Positions 62,901 to 64,000 of a DNA stretch of 64,000 bases are shown in pieces. The translations under genes were made by a program, and so were the position numbers. Source of the stretch: Moniliella sp. 'wahieum'. Lineage: Eukaryota. The stretch lies in assembly GCA_003971905.1 (NCBI GenBank), contig RSEE01000055.1, forward strand, positions 248,001 through 312,000, in the 5' to 3' direction. The notes under the pieces were generated by a model. That model was not told where the DNA came from. It did not search any database and saw only the letters and a program-made list of their open reading frames with translations. Within the stretch, counting starts at the first letter, position 1. Every line of letters begins with the position of its first letter.

Positions 62901-64000
62901 CCCCATCATTTCCAGGCAGGTATCGTTCAGTGCCTGCGAGGTTCGGGGGGGAGCTTGGCCATGCCACCAGAAGTGCTGATTGAGCCCAATCGACTTGTGG
63001 GATCACCTCCCCACGGGTGGGGAAGGCATTCAGGCTCCGCAGTGCCGTGTAGAGACACGCGCCGTCCCGGCCATGGGCGGCTCAGCATGGTTCCGCGCCG
63101 AGGGGAGGTCCCAATGGGATGCTTGCCATGCAATATCGTACCGTTTTGCCCCGCCTGTCTCTTCCCACGGCAAGCCCTGCAGTGGACGGGTACTCAAGGC
63201 GGTGTGCCCCACTCGGTCCGTCAGTAGCTCTGATGCCAATGAATGGAAGCCGAGATGGCGCAGTGGCTCGGCGGGCGAAGCGAGCGGGGCGCCTACGAGC
63301 TGGGTCTGTTGCCGCACCTCGTGGTCGGCTGCTGTGATCTCGAAGGCGATTTGCCAGCGGCCTTCGTGCCGCATCGTCTCAAACAGTCCGTCACTCCGTC
63401 CAGGCAGGGGGGCGAGCGAATAGAAACCGTCCGGATCGTCCACGTTTTGGTAAATCACATGCAGCAGTTCCATCTCGAGGTCGAATTGGCGCTGTCGTCG
63501 TGTGGGCGAGGCACGGTCATGGTTGATCTCGACGAAGAGGCGGCGGTGTACAGCCCCCCCTGCAATGCGCGCCGCGCAAGCATGATGTAGTCCAAGTCGA
63601 GCGCAAAGCGGGTGGTGTCGTACAGACGCAGGTAGAGCATGCACTGCACAAGCAACGCATGGATGCGTACGTCCAGCTCATCCTTTTCTAGCAGTCGCGT
63701 GAAGTATTCGGCGATTTCTTTGCCTTGCTTCGGCGAGCGCCCCGACTGTGATTTGCGCTCGTCGATCAGGAGCTGCAGAACCAGGGGAGAAAACAATTTC
63801 TCGGCTAAGCCAGGATGGCCTTCCAACAAGGCGGGCAGGCGGGAGAAGAACTGGCCGGAGGGCGAGACGAATATCAAGGCCCGCGACATCCCCTCGGCCA
63901 TGCCGCTAACCCAAGGAGCGAATCCTGTCAGGGCCAGGTCCAGCCTTGCTTGAACACGTGTTTCAACTCCGTCGGCTCGGCGGGGGGTAGCGTAGTTCTA
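59964..64000 (-). CDS. TEL1: Serine/threonine kinase Tel1/ATM (FAT, PI3K-like kinase and FATC domains); 5' part lies outside the window; frameshifted, with introns
   Basis: [102 protein letters not shown]. FAT-type segments include LLRFTSLWFEH and IPSWKFVELAHQFSARL. Confidence 0.93.

Overview
Eukaryotic, intron-containing fungal DNA, most likely a basidiomycete (inferred from 59-70 nt GT..AG introns with CTAAC/CTGAC branch sites and from basidiomycete-type small secreted proteins). I found no rRNA, tRNA or CRISPR. About 15 protein-coding genes can be reconstructed: ARG1, a small membrane protein, a Ste20-type PAK kinase, a WrbA-type quinone reductase, a Zn2Cys6 transcription factor, YOP1, a stand-alone Osh3-like PH protein, a CE8 pectin methylesterase, RPS29, a 'glycopeptide'-type secreted Cys-rich protein, a GH128 glucanase, a small thaumatin-like protein, TAF1, an RTA1-like protein, THI5/NMT1 and the 3' part of TEL1/ATM. 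Most carry 1-nt frameshifts, including conserved housekeeping genes such as TAF1 and RPS29. This points to an unpolished long-read consensus rather than pseudogenes, so many gene ends are approximate. The most striking structure is an ~11 kb nested repeat (30.2-41.3 kb): about 4.2 near-identical 1.76-kb tandem units between two older, diverged ~1.5-kb direct copies. It carries seven copies of a degenerate minus-strand motif (…GAYMFVKER…NPRFSLCCGQG…LP) that resembles the Cys-rich N-terminal motif of Helitron Rep/helicase proteins. Related fragments lie at 13.6 and 23.4 kb. Intergenic regions repeatedly contain 7-bp tandem repeats made of a 6-bp palindrome plus one base.
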